A DNA stretch of 64,000 nucleotides from Eledone cirrhosa (lineage: Eukaryota). Shown here one piece after another: positions 9,612 to 21,215 of this stretch. Under the pieces are notes generated by a model. That model ran no database searches, was not told the DNA's origin, and saw only the letters and a list, made by a program, of their open reading frames with translations. Position numbers and translations under genes: made by a program. Each line of letters starts with the position of its first letter. Position 1 is the first letter of the stretch. Where the stretch lies: assembly GCA_964016885.1 (NCBI GenBank), contig OZ024740.1:412796001-412860000 (forward strand), in the 5' to 3' direction.

Positions 9612-12300
9612 CCGTATATACTCGCGTATAGGTCGCGCTTTTTTAACGATAAATAAGTATAAATTTTGGCCGTTCGACCTATCCGATCGACATCAGACTG
9701 ACCAATGATTTTTCATAGACTTAATCAACGATGGGTATTCATAAAAATAACTTTGTTAATATTTTTTTATTATTTAACATAATAATTTCATATATATACC
9801 TTCTTATACATATATTTCTTGATTTTAAATTTGTTACTAAAACTTCGTCGTGTTTACGTTTTTTTCTATCTGACCAAACCATCCGTCATTAAAATCCATA
9901 GAAATGCATACCCGGTATTTAAAATGTGATTTCATTGTCCTAGCATTGCTATGCACACGTATTGTGACGTATTTACTTTAACAGGAAACAAATTATTGCA
10001 CGTGGCGTTTCTTTTCAAAATTAGCAACTGAGAAAAGTTGATAGTTGAAATTCTTTTTATAATTCGATGAGAAATATGAATTCCGGTAAGAGAAAACGTT
10101 ATCAAACAGTTTTCAAGTTAAAGGTGGTTGGTTATGCAGGAGAATTTGGACTAGATCAGCAGAAAGGGAGTTTGGAGTGTCAGAAAAGGTGGTGAGAGGT
10201 TGGACGAAACAAAACGACAAGATGGGAGAAATGCCTAAATCAGAGAGAGCAGCAAGGTTTGGAGTATCACCATATCAAGATCTTGAAAAAGAGATAAATG
10301 ATTGGGTTTTAGATATCAGGGAAAATGAACACATTGTTACAAGAATTTCTATAAGAACGAAAGCCTTTCAACTTGCACCAAAGTACCACTTATCCCAATT
10401 TAAATCGTCAGCAGGGTGGTGCACCACGTTTATGAATAGGTTTGGACTGACTCTTCGCCAAAAGACACATATTGCACAAAAGCTGCCAAAAGATATTGAT
10501 GACAAAGTACATAATTTTGTAAAATGTGTGTTAAAGGAAAGACAAATGTTTGATTTTGCCATGGAGAATATAGCCAACATGGATGAAACACTCATGTACT
10601 TTGACATGCCAGGCAACACAATGGTGGATAGTGTAGGTAACAAAACTGTTACAGTCAAAACCATAGGTCATGAAAAACAACATGTTACTGTTGTTCTAGC
10701 ATGCCGGGCTGATGGAAAAAACTTCGCCCTATGGTTATTTTCAAAAGGAAAATTATGCCGAAAGAGAATTTTCCAAGCGATGTGATTGTGAAAGTACATC
10801 CGAAGGGCTGGATGGACGAGAACTTAACAAAGTGATGAAGTGTGGATGAAAAGGCCAGGGGCATTGCTGAAGCCACGAAGTTTGCTAGTTTAGGATATGT
10901 TTCGATCTCACTGCTGTGAGTCTGTAAAAGCTAAGCTGCGGGATTGTAAAACAAGACAAGCAGTGATTCCTGGTGGTTGCACCTCAGTCTTACAACCCCT
11001 TGATGTGGCAATAAATAAGCCCTTCAAGACTTATGTCCGTAAACTCTGGACTTCTTGGATGATATCAGGTGAAAAAGAAATTACCAAAGGTGGATCATTG
11101 AAAAGACCTGGCTTGAGATTAGTGGTGGAGTGGGTGAAGGAGGCTTGGGAAAGTATCCTTGAAGAGCTAATAATGAAGGCTTTAAACAAATGTGGCTCAT
11201 CAAATGTGATGGACGGGACTGAAGATGATGTGTTATATGAGGATTTAGTTGGTGAAAAGACAGAGAATGCAGAGAGTGATGAGGGAAATGATATTGAAGA
11301 ATGTGAAGATGAATTGAATGACTATTATAACGAATGCAGTTACAGATGAAGAAATGAAAACACTATTTAATTAACAGGTGTAAAAGTAATAACTTTATGG
11401 ATAAAAACAAACATTTTAACTTTATCTGCCTTACCTGTTAGATTTGTTGCAAAATAATTCAATAATGACCTAGATGTTGACTTCTATCAATTCTAGCAGT
11501 TTTCCGAAAAGGTGAATTAATTAAAAATGCAGATATAATCAGTACAAGGTTTTAATCTTTCTCTACATTCAAGGCAAATATTTTCATTGAAAAAAATGTA
11601 TAAAACCTTTTCACCAGTCAAAATAATATTTGCAATGTACTCTTACACAATGTACGGTGTAAATTTACGTAACAGAGTGTTCCCATTATATAAGTTCATT
11701 AACAGGTGTGAACATGTATTGGTGTTGTATCTTTCAACCACTTTGCTGTAATATTTTCAATGGTGTCCGTCAGATCTTCGCTTTCACTTTCAAAGTAACT
11801 ATCATCGTCAGAAATAAATACGTCTGATTCATTTGAAGATAAATCACTAATATTATCTTGTGTTTCTTTTTCATTTCGAATGTCGTCGAATGTAAAACCT
11901 TCAAAGTCGCTATTCGCTACTTTGGGAAGCCATGTTGATACGCTAAATATCTGTTATACTTTCAAGGTTAAAAAACACGTGTTATTTCAAGTTGTTTCAC
12001 TATATTAAGAGTTAATTTTCGCGCTTAAAGGCTTTATTTCGCAGTAATCTCGAATTGACGAAATTTCGATGACGTTAATGTTTATTTTATAAATAAAACA
12101 TGGTTTGGAGTATATATCGCAACGGTGAAGTAATGGAAAGCTAACAGATTATTAGTTTCAATTATCATAAAAAATAGTAGTTTGACGGTCCAAATTTCAG
12201 TGCGACCTATCTGCGAGTCAATGGCAAATAGCCTATTTGTTAAATGAAAAGTAGGTATGTGACCTGTCTGTCGGGGCGACTTATACGCCAGTATATACGG
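9612..12300 (+). mobile_element. pogo-family (Tc1/mariner superfamily) DNA transposon with both ends
   Basis: 25-bp TIRs CCGTATATACTCGCGTATAGGTCGC / GCGACTTATACGCCAGTATATACGG (2 mismatches); TA target duplication at 9610-9611 and 12301-12302. Confidence 0.92.
10076..11349 (+). pseudogene. pogo/POGK-like DD35D transposase, frameshifted
   Basis: Brinker-like N-terminus (KRKRYQTVFKLKVV..EFGVSEKVVRGW), CENP-B HTH (FKSSAGWCTTFMNRFGL), NMDET, LDMFRSH, then 35 residues to QPLD; frameshifts near 10150, 10720 and 10835. Confidence 0.9.
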
Positions 12301-12850
12301 TAATCAATATCCCTGACCTCATTCGAATTAAGGTGTGCAGTAAGTGAGATGACAACAGATACATAGGAGATTGCTGCATTAAAAGTAAAAGCTAAATGAA
12401 GTTGAAAACTACTAGAATGTTTGTAGTAAGATCAGGACATGGAATTGCTGATAATTCAGATGAGATATCGACTGATTCACCTTATTTTACTCCCCTTCCC
12501 TGAGCAAAGGTTATTCTGGATACCACTAACAACGACGTTAAAATAAGTATAAGAATCGGGAAAAATAAGAGTTGCATCAAGGTAAGTACTATAAAACAAA
12601 AGTAGCAGGGAATATATGGCATCGTTGCATATGGGACGGAAATAAAGCTCTAGTTAAGGTTGGAAGAAAGGCGGTAAGAAAGTCAAATAGTTGGGATTTT
12701 CTGAGACATCTCTACCAAAGCTGCCTACCTACAGCTTTCCATCCGGTAGTCGTACAGCAAACACTGTATTTATATATATGAATATATTCATATATATAGA
12801 GAGAGCGTGCTAAACAGGCATGTTGCCTATGGACGCGTCCAAGCAACCTT

Positions 12851-12893
<43 letters not shown>

Positions 12894-13044
12894 TCATGTG
12901 TACTTTATGTCGTGTATGTATGGTCCCGTAACTCTTGATAGAGCCATGGTGCCCCGTATTGAAATACGGAGTTTCCTGGCTATTTAAAGCCTGACGTGGC
13001 CCATTCCTTTCCAGGCGTGGGTACAGCCGAATTCTTCCACAGAG

Positions 13045-13214
13045 AGAAATAATCGACGCCAGTACTAGACTGTTATATACTTTATCGACCTCGAAAGTAT
13101 GAAAGGCAAAGTAGACATGCCAAGATTTGAAATGAAAGAGCAGAGAGCCGGAACGAATATTATAACGTATTCTATCCGACGTTATAACGACTCTGCCAAT
13201 CAATTCGCCGCCTT
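13045..13214 (-). mobile_element. Decayed tRNA-derived SINE copy
   Basis: Minus strand GGCGGCGAA..TGGCAGAGTCGTTA..TTTCAAATCT..TCTACTTTGCCTTTCATACTTTCGAGGTCGATAAA matches the SINE at 1-482. Confidence 0.7.
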
Positions 13215-13377
13215 TAATATCATATTAGAGTATATTTTCATTTTTATGAAGGTGAAATCAGAGTCTGTTTACTCTGCGGTTTCGCCTGAGGTTCCATAGG
13301 AATACACGGGCTAACTTCCAGAGGAACAAGATTATGACGTAGTTCTAATAACACAAACACGCCCCCCACCCCCCACC

Positions 13378-13437
<60 letters not shown>

Positions 13438-13440
<3 letters not shown>

Positions 13441-13620
13441 CGAAGGAGTTGTGGTTAGAAACCAGATGGACCATAAAGCACCAGAGACTGAATACTTAGG
13501 TTAGTAGAGTGGGTAATAGGAAAATGTATGACCCCGACGGCAGAGCTCTAGCCGTTTCAACGGCTATTCCAGAAATACCTGTCGAAATGGCTTGGGCTCT
13601 GCGTCGGTGTCATACATTTT

Positions 13621-13625
<5 letters not shown>
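13438..13625 (-). mobile_element. Fold-back mini-element with hammerhead 3' half (family of 6807-6990)
   Basis: Arms ~13516-13562 and ~13581-13625; minus strand GAAACGGCTAGAGCTCTGCCGTC; shared tail; sits in (TA)n. Confidence 0.75.
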
Positions 13626-13683
<58 letters not shown>

Positions 13684-13686
<3 letters not shown>

Positions 13687-14005
13687 ATGAAATAAGATAA
13701 CAAGGACGATGTTTACTCCTTCGTTACGTTTATTGGTTTGTGACGCGCGTTTCGCCTCTGATCAGCTCAAGGTTCGATCTGTATCGTTCTAACCCGACTC
13801 TATAATCCGTGGCTCGTCATCTTTCAGTGGCAAAACGCGCGTCACCAAACAATAAACGTAATGAAGGAGTAACCAATCGTCCTTGTTATTTTATTTCATT
13901 ATAATACACTCTGTCTAGCTCTACACCACGACACTCAAGTGAGCCTACACATCGAGTGCTCACCCGGGTGAACCTACTGCAGTAACTCCAAGTTACCTTC
14001 CCCGG
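13684..14005 (+). mobile_element. Fold-back mini-element with GAAACGCGCGTC hammerhead 3' half and ~100-bp tail
   Basis: Arms ~13684-13757 and ~13824-13903; palindromic stem III ACGCGCGT followed by C; TCGAGTGCT at 13952-13960; TA tracts on both sides. Confidence 0.7.
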
Positions 14006-14006
14006 A

Positions 14007-14028
14007 TATATATATATATATATATATA

Positions 14029-14089
<61 letters not shown>
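14007..14089. repeat. (TA)n joined to (ATT)n; left boundary of the Tx1 array
   Basis: Direct reading. Confidence 0.95.
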
Positions 14090-17000
14090 GAATGCTATGG
14101 TTGACGGAGGCTCGGCTCTGTAAGGTATTCTAAATTTTGACCGCTATAACAATTGTAAATTGTTTAAAACTTTAACCAAATTGTAGACAAAAACACCATC
14201 CTCCTCGTGAGAGGGGTCTTTCTGCCCGTTATTTGGCCCTTCGGGGTTAAATAACCGCTTATTTGGGTTTTGTGCCCAATATTTATTTAAAAAAAAAAAA
14301 AACATGGCTACGAAAAAGAATTTTCATAGGTCACTCCCACTCATTCCGTTTTCTTCTTCCTCAATCGTCACTACAGCACAGAAAAAATTGTCTCTCTCCC
14401 TCCCTTCTCTAAATGTGTCTCTCTCCCTCCCTTCACTTTCGCAAGCGACGCCGGGAAAGAAAAATCACGTGCAAAGCGTGCAAGATTTCTCCACGACGAC
14501 GACGACAGAGACGAAAAAGGTGTGCGGGAAATACGAAAACCCATTTCATTCGTCTGACGTCAGGAATAATAGCAGTAGCAGCAGTAATAACAGCAGCAGC
14601 AGCAGCAACAGTGACAAGGAAAATAACAGTAGCAGCCGCAACAGCATCAGCAGCAGCATAAACAACAACAGCATTAGCAGCAACAGCAACAACAACAGCT
14701 GCAGCAGCAACAACAACAACAACAACCACAGCAACAGCGGCGGCGGCAGTAGTCGTAGTACCTGCAGCAACAACAAAAGTAACAGGAGCTCTGACGACAA
14801 CAACAACAACAACAACAGCAGCAAAGAAAAACCAATCTCGTTTGCAGGTATCGCAAAGAACCTGGAAACCATCCTCATAACAAATGAGGAATTAGAGGAA
14901 GCGAAGAAGATGGTGACGAAAACCGGACACCGAGCAATCTGCAAGGCAGCCGAAACATTTTTCGAAACCCAACAGCACTGTACGGTCACGTACCGTACAG
15001 TAGGCACAAAATCCCGTAGGGTTGAAAGAGCCACAGAGGCTCAAATACAAAAGGCCTTAGGGTCTGTGTGGCAGCGGAAAACGCACATCACCCGAGGCAA
15101 GAAATATGCTACCGTAGACGTGCTTTTTGCCACACCCCAGGAGGCAAAGGCTCAATCCTTAGTGACCCTAAGGAGCGAGGAAATGGTGTTGGTGCCCTCC
15201 TACTGCAAGCAAAAAATTGTGATGGTCTAACTGACCGCCCCCCACGCCCCCGCCCCGGAATGGCCGCTTCTTGGCTGGCCGCGTCTGTCCTCGTCGGAAT
15301 CGAGGACAAAACAACTGTACTGCAAGTACAGAAAAAAGTAAAAGAAGATTGTGTCGGCACCTCCATTGAGATGTTAATCTAAACCAACCAGGAGTGCATC
15401 GAAGCTATCCCGCATGTGATAGACTTCGATAACGGCACTCAACTGCCCATAAGTGTTGAAGGAAAACGCCCGAAATGATTTCGCTTGGATCGAAGACTCA
15501 CACAACGGCCTTCTGCAACGAGTAGACCCTGAGAAATGAGAAAACCCCATTCCTTGCGAAACCGGCTCCACGGCTACCAGCAACAGGACAAGCGGCAACC
15601 AGGAACGATAGGTTCGGGGCACCCATACCCACGCCACGGAAATCAAGAACAGCAGCAGAAGTGAAAGTATTAACAACAACAACAGCAATATCAAATGCAG
15701 CTGCAACAGAGACACCACTGCAAACATCACCACCAACAACAAGTAAAAGAGTGGAGCTGGTACCCCTCCCCGACCTCACACAATCGGACATAGAGTGTAA
15801 GGTGGGAGAGGGATCGCAAAAGGTCGTAAGAAGGCATAAACGCAGAAGCAGCGCATCATCGCCTTCGAAAAGGGAGGAAAGCAATGAAAAAAGGGTAAAG
15901 TCTACTGCAAAGAGACTCGCAGCAGCAACACCACCAACACCATCACCACCCACACTAGCAGCACCATCACCACCGGCGACAACCACGCCGCCAACAACAA
16001 CAACACCTTCAACACCACCACCACAAGCACCAACATCGCAAACACAACAACAAAACTCACACATCCAGCAACAACGACAAGAAAATAGCAGAACCACACC
16101 CCACCCCCAGAAAAACAAATGCACAGCAATAAATACACACAACAAGAAACTACTGACTTACATAATTGAACACACATATTTCACAGCACGACTACATAAC
16201 ACCAGCACCAATCAAAACGCCAACGAACATAAGACTGCTAAAAATAGCACAGAAACAATACACAAACATTAAAACGAAATTCCCCAACGCAGTTGGTGAT
16301 TTCAGAGACCTAGTAGGGACTCTCAACCGGAGAGTATATTCGGACATACTCATAGAAGAGCCGACGACCAACCGAAGGCACGATTCAACGGTCACTTCAC
16401 CAGACGATCAAGTGAAAAGGGATGGAGAAATCATCCTTCCTCTACGAAAAGTACGGTAAGTGGTCTTTCCCATTTTTTCCACTCTATTTTAAACATGACG
16501 TCACTCAGAGTAGGCAGCATAAATGCGCGTGGCTTGGGGTCGTCATGGAAGCAAGATCTCCTGCTCAACGACCTCAGGTCACTAAACATAGATGTAGTGG
16601 CCATCAGCGAGACCAGATGTTCCGAAGCACGAGACTTCGCACCGATCTTCGGCGGCTACGATGTGTACACATCTCCCAGCCGTCCTGGATCGGGGGAGGA
16701 GTTGCTGTGCTTTTACGGAGAGGTTTCGATCTCGCCATACGGGCCATCTTCCTGGACCCAGAGGGTAAGTTGGTGGTGCTGGACGTGACCAGCGGAGACG
16801 GGCAAGCATTCATGCTAGTGGCCGTCTATGCCTCGACAGGAGCAGGGCGGCTAATTTCTTCCGGTGTCTGGAGACCTTTCTTGGAACTTCACGTTCTTTA
16901 GTGTTAGTGGGCGACTGGAACGGGATCTTAGATGCAGGCTGGGACTGTGTGGGATTAGCGATAGGAGGTGGAGGGTGCAAGAGCCTCACCAACCAGCTCA

Positions 17001-18820
17001 GGCGTTTTGAACTGTCTGACAGGTACCGATTGGATTTCCCGAATGTGCCAATGTGGACTTGGACAAATCGCATAGGGTCATCCAGATCATATCTAGATAG
17101 AGTATTTTGTAGGGAAATAGATAGGTCTAGCATAGGCTGCCCACAATTCAAGATAGTCAGCTACAGGGACCACAAATTCGTGATCTGTGTGCTTGACTTA
17201 GATAGGCTTCATAGACGAGGACCCCGCCACTGGAAGCTAAACGCGTCCTTACCAGCGCGCAAGGCCTACAGAGACCGGATTAGCGAACTAGTTAAGCGGG
17301 CGTTGACGGGAGCCATCGTCAACAACAAGTGGTGGTTTGCTCTGAAAAGAGCGATTAGAATAGAATCCATTAGATTAAGTAAGGCTTTAGCAATAGAGAA
17401 CAATAGAGCAAAGGGAGAACTAGTTAGAAAATTAGACGAGGCGCTTAGCAAAGGCATCGCGACCGACGTGCTTGCGGCGAAATTGGCCCTTGACCAATTC
17501 TTCAATGCAAAGCAATATGCTGCGTTGTCAGAGCTAGAATGCGTGCTCTCAGACACGAGGGGACGAAAGCCGTTCAATGGGCCCGAGTGGCGGAGCCTCG
17601 TCCTGGCAACAAAGCCACGCTCCGGTCTTTGGTGGACCACGACGGGCGCATGCTACTCGATCCCGAGCAAATATGTGAAGCTTTTCAGCGACACTTCGCT
17701 CAGCTGTTCGGAGGCAGCGGTGGGCCGGGTCGAGGGATGGACTTTAGTGTCTACCTCGACGGACTGCCGCGGCTCTAGGCCACTGAGGCGGAGTGTTGCG
17801 AAGAGCCGATAACAGCCGCTGAAGTACGGGAGGCAATGACTGGCTGCACAAGGGGTAACTCTGCTAAACACAGAGTTCAAGATTTTGGCCAAGGTGCTAG
17901 CAAAGAGGTTGGCGCTTGTCGTTGGTGGTCTGGTGGGGGAGGCGCAGACATGCGCCATTCCTGATAGATCCATCCACGACAACCTCCAGCTCATGCGATA
18001 CATCGTAGAGAGGGTAGCTAGGGAACCTAGAACGGGTGGGTCCTTGATCAATTTAGATGGACAACTTCCAGAAATCTCTAGCCTGGGAAGTGCTACCGAG
18101 GAGACTTGCCAGTTCGGGATAAACTCTACAGGCATGGAGGCGCCGTCACCCGGGCATGTCCGAGATGCACGCAGGACGACGAAACCTTTCTGCACGCACT
18201 CGTCCAGTGTCCGAGCATTGCTGATTTGTGGGTTTATGTCGAACACCTGCTGTCGCATTTAGGACGAATCCGGCTATCATCTGAGTCCATCGTGAGGATT
18301 GCCCCGCCCTCTTCCTTTAGCCCGGAAGGGCAGGCTGTTTCTATCTGTCTGTTGGCCATGGCGAAAGAGATAGTATGTTGGACACGTTTGAAAGGGCTGA
18401 AGACGAGCACTTACCTCTTCGGTGATGCCCTGATTGACTTTTTCAAATTTCATTTGAAAAGGAAAATCAGAGTAGAGAGGGAAGTGCTCTCTTCCCAGCA
18501 TTTTGTTGAAAGATGGGTGATAGAAGCATGAATGGCCCGAGTGAATGGGTCTACTCTGAGTACGTATATGTAAATTAAATGTGGAAAACTGGGAGAGGGC
18601 ACTTGCCTTGGTGGTCAGGGTCACTGTGGCTTATTAATGGGCCTTCTCCACCAATGTCCCTCGGAAGTCTCTCCCCTATTGGGGAATTTTTTCATTGTTC
18701 TATTATTACATCCTTTGTTTCTTTTTTTTACACCCAGAAATGCCCATTGGTACCGCCCTGTATTGTCCTGTACTGTCCTTAATGTCTAATTTATGTAAAC
18801 GCTTGTGGTTAATATAGAAA

Positions 18821-18822
<2 letters not shown>
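14090..18822 (+). mobile_element. L1/Tx1-clade LINE, family A, copy 1 (both ends present, RT core deleted)
   Basis: Starts GAATGCTATGG after (ATT)n; ORF1 14304-16459, ORF2 16495-18573 broken; deletions at ~17858 and ~18058 relative to copy 2; ends AGAAATC(ATT)n. Confidence 0.92.
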
Positions 18823-18855
<33 letters not shown>

Positions 18856-19071
18856 GAATGCTATGGTTGACGGAGGCTCGGCTCTGTAAGGTATTGTAAA
18901 TTTTGAACACTATAACAATTGTAAATTGTTTAAAACTTTAACAAACTTGTAGACAAAAACACCCTCCTCCTCGTGAGCGGGGTCTTTCTGCCCGTTATTT
19001 GGCCCTTCGGGGTTAAATAACTGCTTATTGGGGTTTGGTGCCCAATATTTATTTTAAACAAAAAAAACAAC

Positions 19072-21180
19072 ATGGCTACGAAAAAGGATTTTCATAGGTC
19101 ACTCCCACTCATTCCGTCTTCTTCTTCCTCAATCATCACTACAGCAGAGAGAAGATTGTCTCTCTCCCTCCCTTCTTTAAATGTGTCTCTCTCCCTCCCT
19201 TCTCTTTCGCAAGCGACGACAAAAAAGAAAAGTCTGGTGCAAAGCGTGCAAGATTTCTCCACGACGACGACGACAACGACGAAACAGGTGTGCGGGAAAC
19301 ACGAAAACCCATTTCATTCGTCTGGCGTCAGGAATAATAGCAGTAGCAACCGTAATAACAACAGCAACAGTGACAATGAAAACAACAGTAGCAGCCGCAA
19401 CAGCATCACCAGCAGCATAAACAACAACAGCATTAGCAGCAGCAACAACAACAACAACCACAGCAACAGCGGCGGCGGCAGTAGCCGTAGTACCTGCAGC
19501 AACAACAAAAGTAACAGCAGCTCTGACGACAACAACAACAACAACAACAGCAGCAAAGAAAAACCAATCTCGTTTGCAGGTATTGCGAAAAACCTGGAAA
19601 CAATCCTCATAACAAATGAGGAATTAGAGGAAGCGAAGAAGATGGTGGAAAAGAATGGACACCGACCAATCTGCAAGGCAGCGGAAACATTTTTCGAAAC
19701 CCAACAGCACTGTACGGTCACGTACCGTACAGTAAGTACAAAATCCCGTAGGGTTGAAAGAGCCACAGAGGCTCAAATACAAAAAGCCTTAGGGTCTGTG
19801 TGGCAGCGGAAAACGCACATTACCCGAGGCAAGAAATATGCTACCGTAGACGTGCTTTTTGCCACACCCCAGGAGGCAAACGCTCAATCCGTAGTGACCC
19901 TAAGGAGCGAGGAAATGGTGTTGGTGCCCTCCTACTGTGGGCCAAAAATTGTGAGGGTCAAACTGACCCACGTCCCCCCCGGGATGGCCCCTTCTTGGCT
20001 GGCCGCGTCTGTCCTCGTCGGAATCGAGGACAAAACAACTGTACTGCAAGTACAGAAAAAAGTAAGAGAAGATTGGGTCGGCACCTCCATTGAGATGCTA
20101 ATCCAAACCAACCAGGAGTGCATCGAAGCTATCCCGGATGCGATAGACTTCGATAACGGCACTCAACCTCCCATAAGTGTTGAGGGCAAACGCCCAAAAT
20201 GCTTTCGCTGTGGATCAAAGACTCACCTCAGGGCCTTCTGCAACGAGAAGACCCTGAGAAAGGAGAAAACCCCCCTCCTTCCGAAACCGGCTCCACGGCT
20301 ACCAGCAACAGGACAAGTGGCAACGAGGAACGATAGGTCCGTGGCACCCATACCCAGGCCACGGAAATCAAAAACAGCAGCAGCAGTTGAAATATTAACA
20401 ACAACAACAGCAATACCAAATGCAGCTACAACAAAGAATCCAGTGCAAACATCACCAACAACAACAAGTGAAAGAGTGGAGCTGGTACCCCTCCCCGAGC
20501 TCACAGAATCAGACATGGAGTGTGAGGTGGGAGAGGGATGGCAAAAGGTCGTAAAAAGGCACAAACGCAGAAGCAGCGCATCGTCGCCTTTGAAAAGGGA
20601 GGAAAGAAATGAGAAAAGGGTAAAGTCTACTGCAAAGAGACTCACAGTACCAACACCACCAACACCATCACCACCCACGCTAGCACCACCATCACCACCG
20701 GCGACAACCCCACCGCCAACAACACCTTCAACACCACCACCACAAGCACCAACATCGCAAACACAACAACAAAACACACACACCCAGCAACAACGACAAG
20801 AAAATAGCAGAACCACACCCCACCCCCAGAAAAACAAATGCACGGCAATAAATACACACAACAAGAAACTAATGACTTACATAATTGAACACACAGACAT
20901 TTCACAACACGACTACATAATACCAGCAACAATCAAAACGCCAACTAGCATAAGACTGCTAAAAATAGCACAGAAATAATACACAAACATTAAAACGAAA
21001 TTCCCCAACGCAGTTGGTGATTTCAGGGACCTAGGAGGAACTATCAATCGAAGAGTATATTCGGACATACTCATAGAAGAGCCGACGACCAGCCGAAGGG
21101 ACGATTCAACGGTCACTTCACCAGACGATCAAGTGAAAAGGGATGTAAAAACCATCCCTCCTCTACGAGAAGTACGGTAA
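19072..21180 (+). pseudogene. Tx1 ORF1 (N/S low-complexity region, RRM-like segment, CCHC knuckle, P/T-rich tail); one premature stop at 20977
   Basis: CFRCGSKTHLRAFC knuckle; the TAA at 20977 is CAA in copies 1 and 7, and the frame continues to EVR* at 21180. Confidence 0.88.
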
Positions 21181-21215
21181 GTGGTCTTTCCTTTCTTTTC
21201 CACTCTATTTTAAAC

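Noticed and set aside
3373-14005. Hairpins as pre-miRNAs, MITEs or CRISPR repeats
   Set aside because: Asymmetric tails, hammerhead fragments and TA flanks fit retro-insertions better; there is no repeat-spacer periodicity.
14546-16145. Antisense poly-Leu/Val/Cys ORFs repeated in each Tx1 copy
   Set aside because: Reverse-strand shadows of A/C-rich low-complexity ORF1.
18955-19030. HDV-like ribozyme suggested by CTCCTCGTGAG
   Set aside because: No conserved P1 or P1.1 GG could be found; a simple hairpin explains it.
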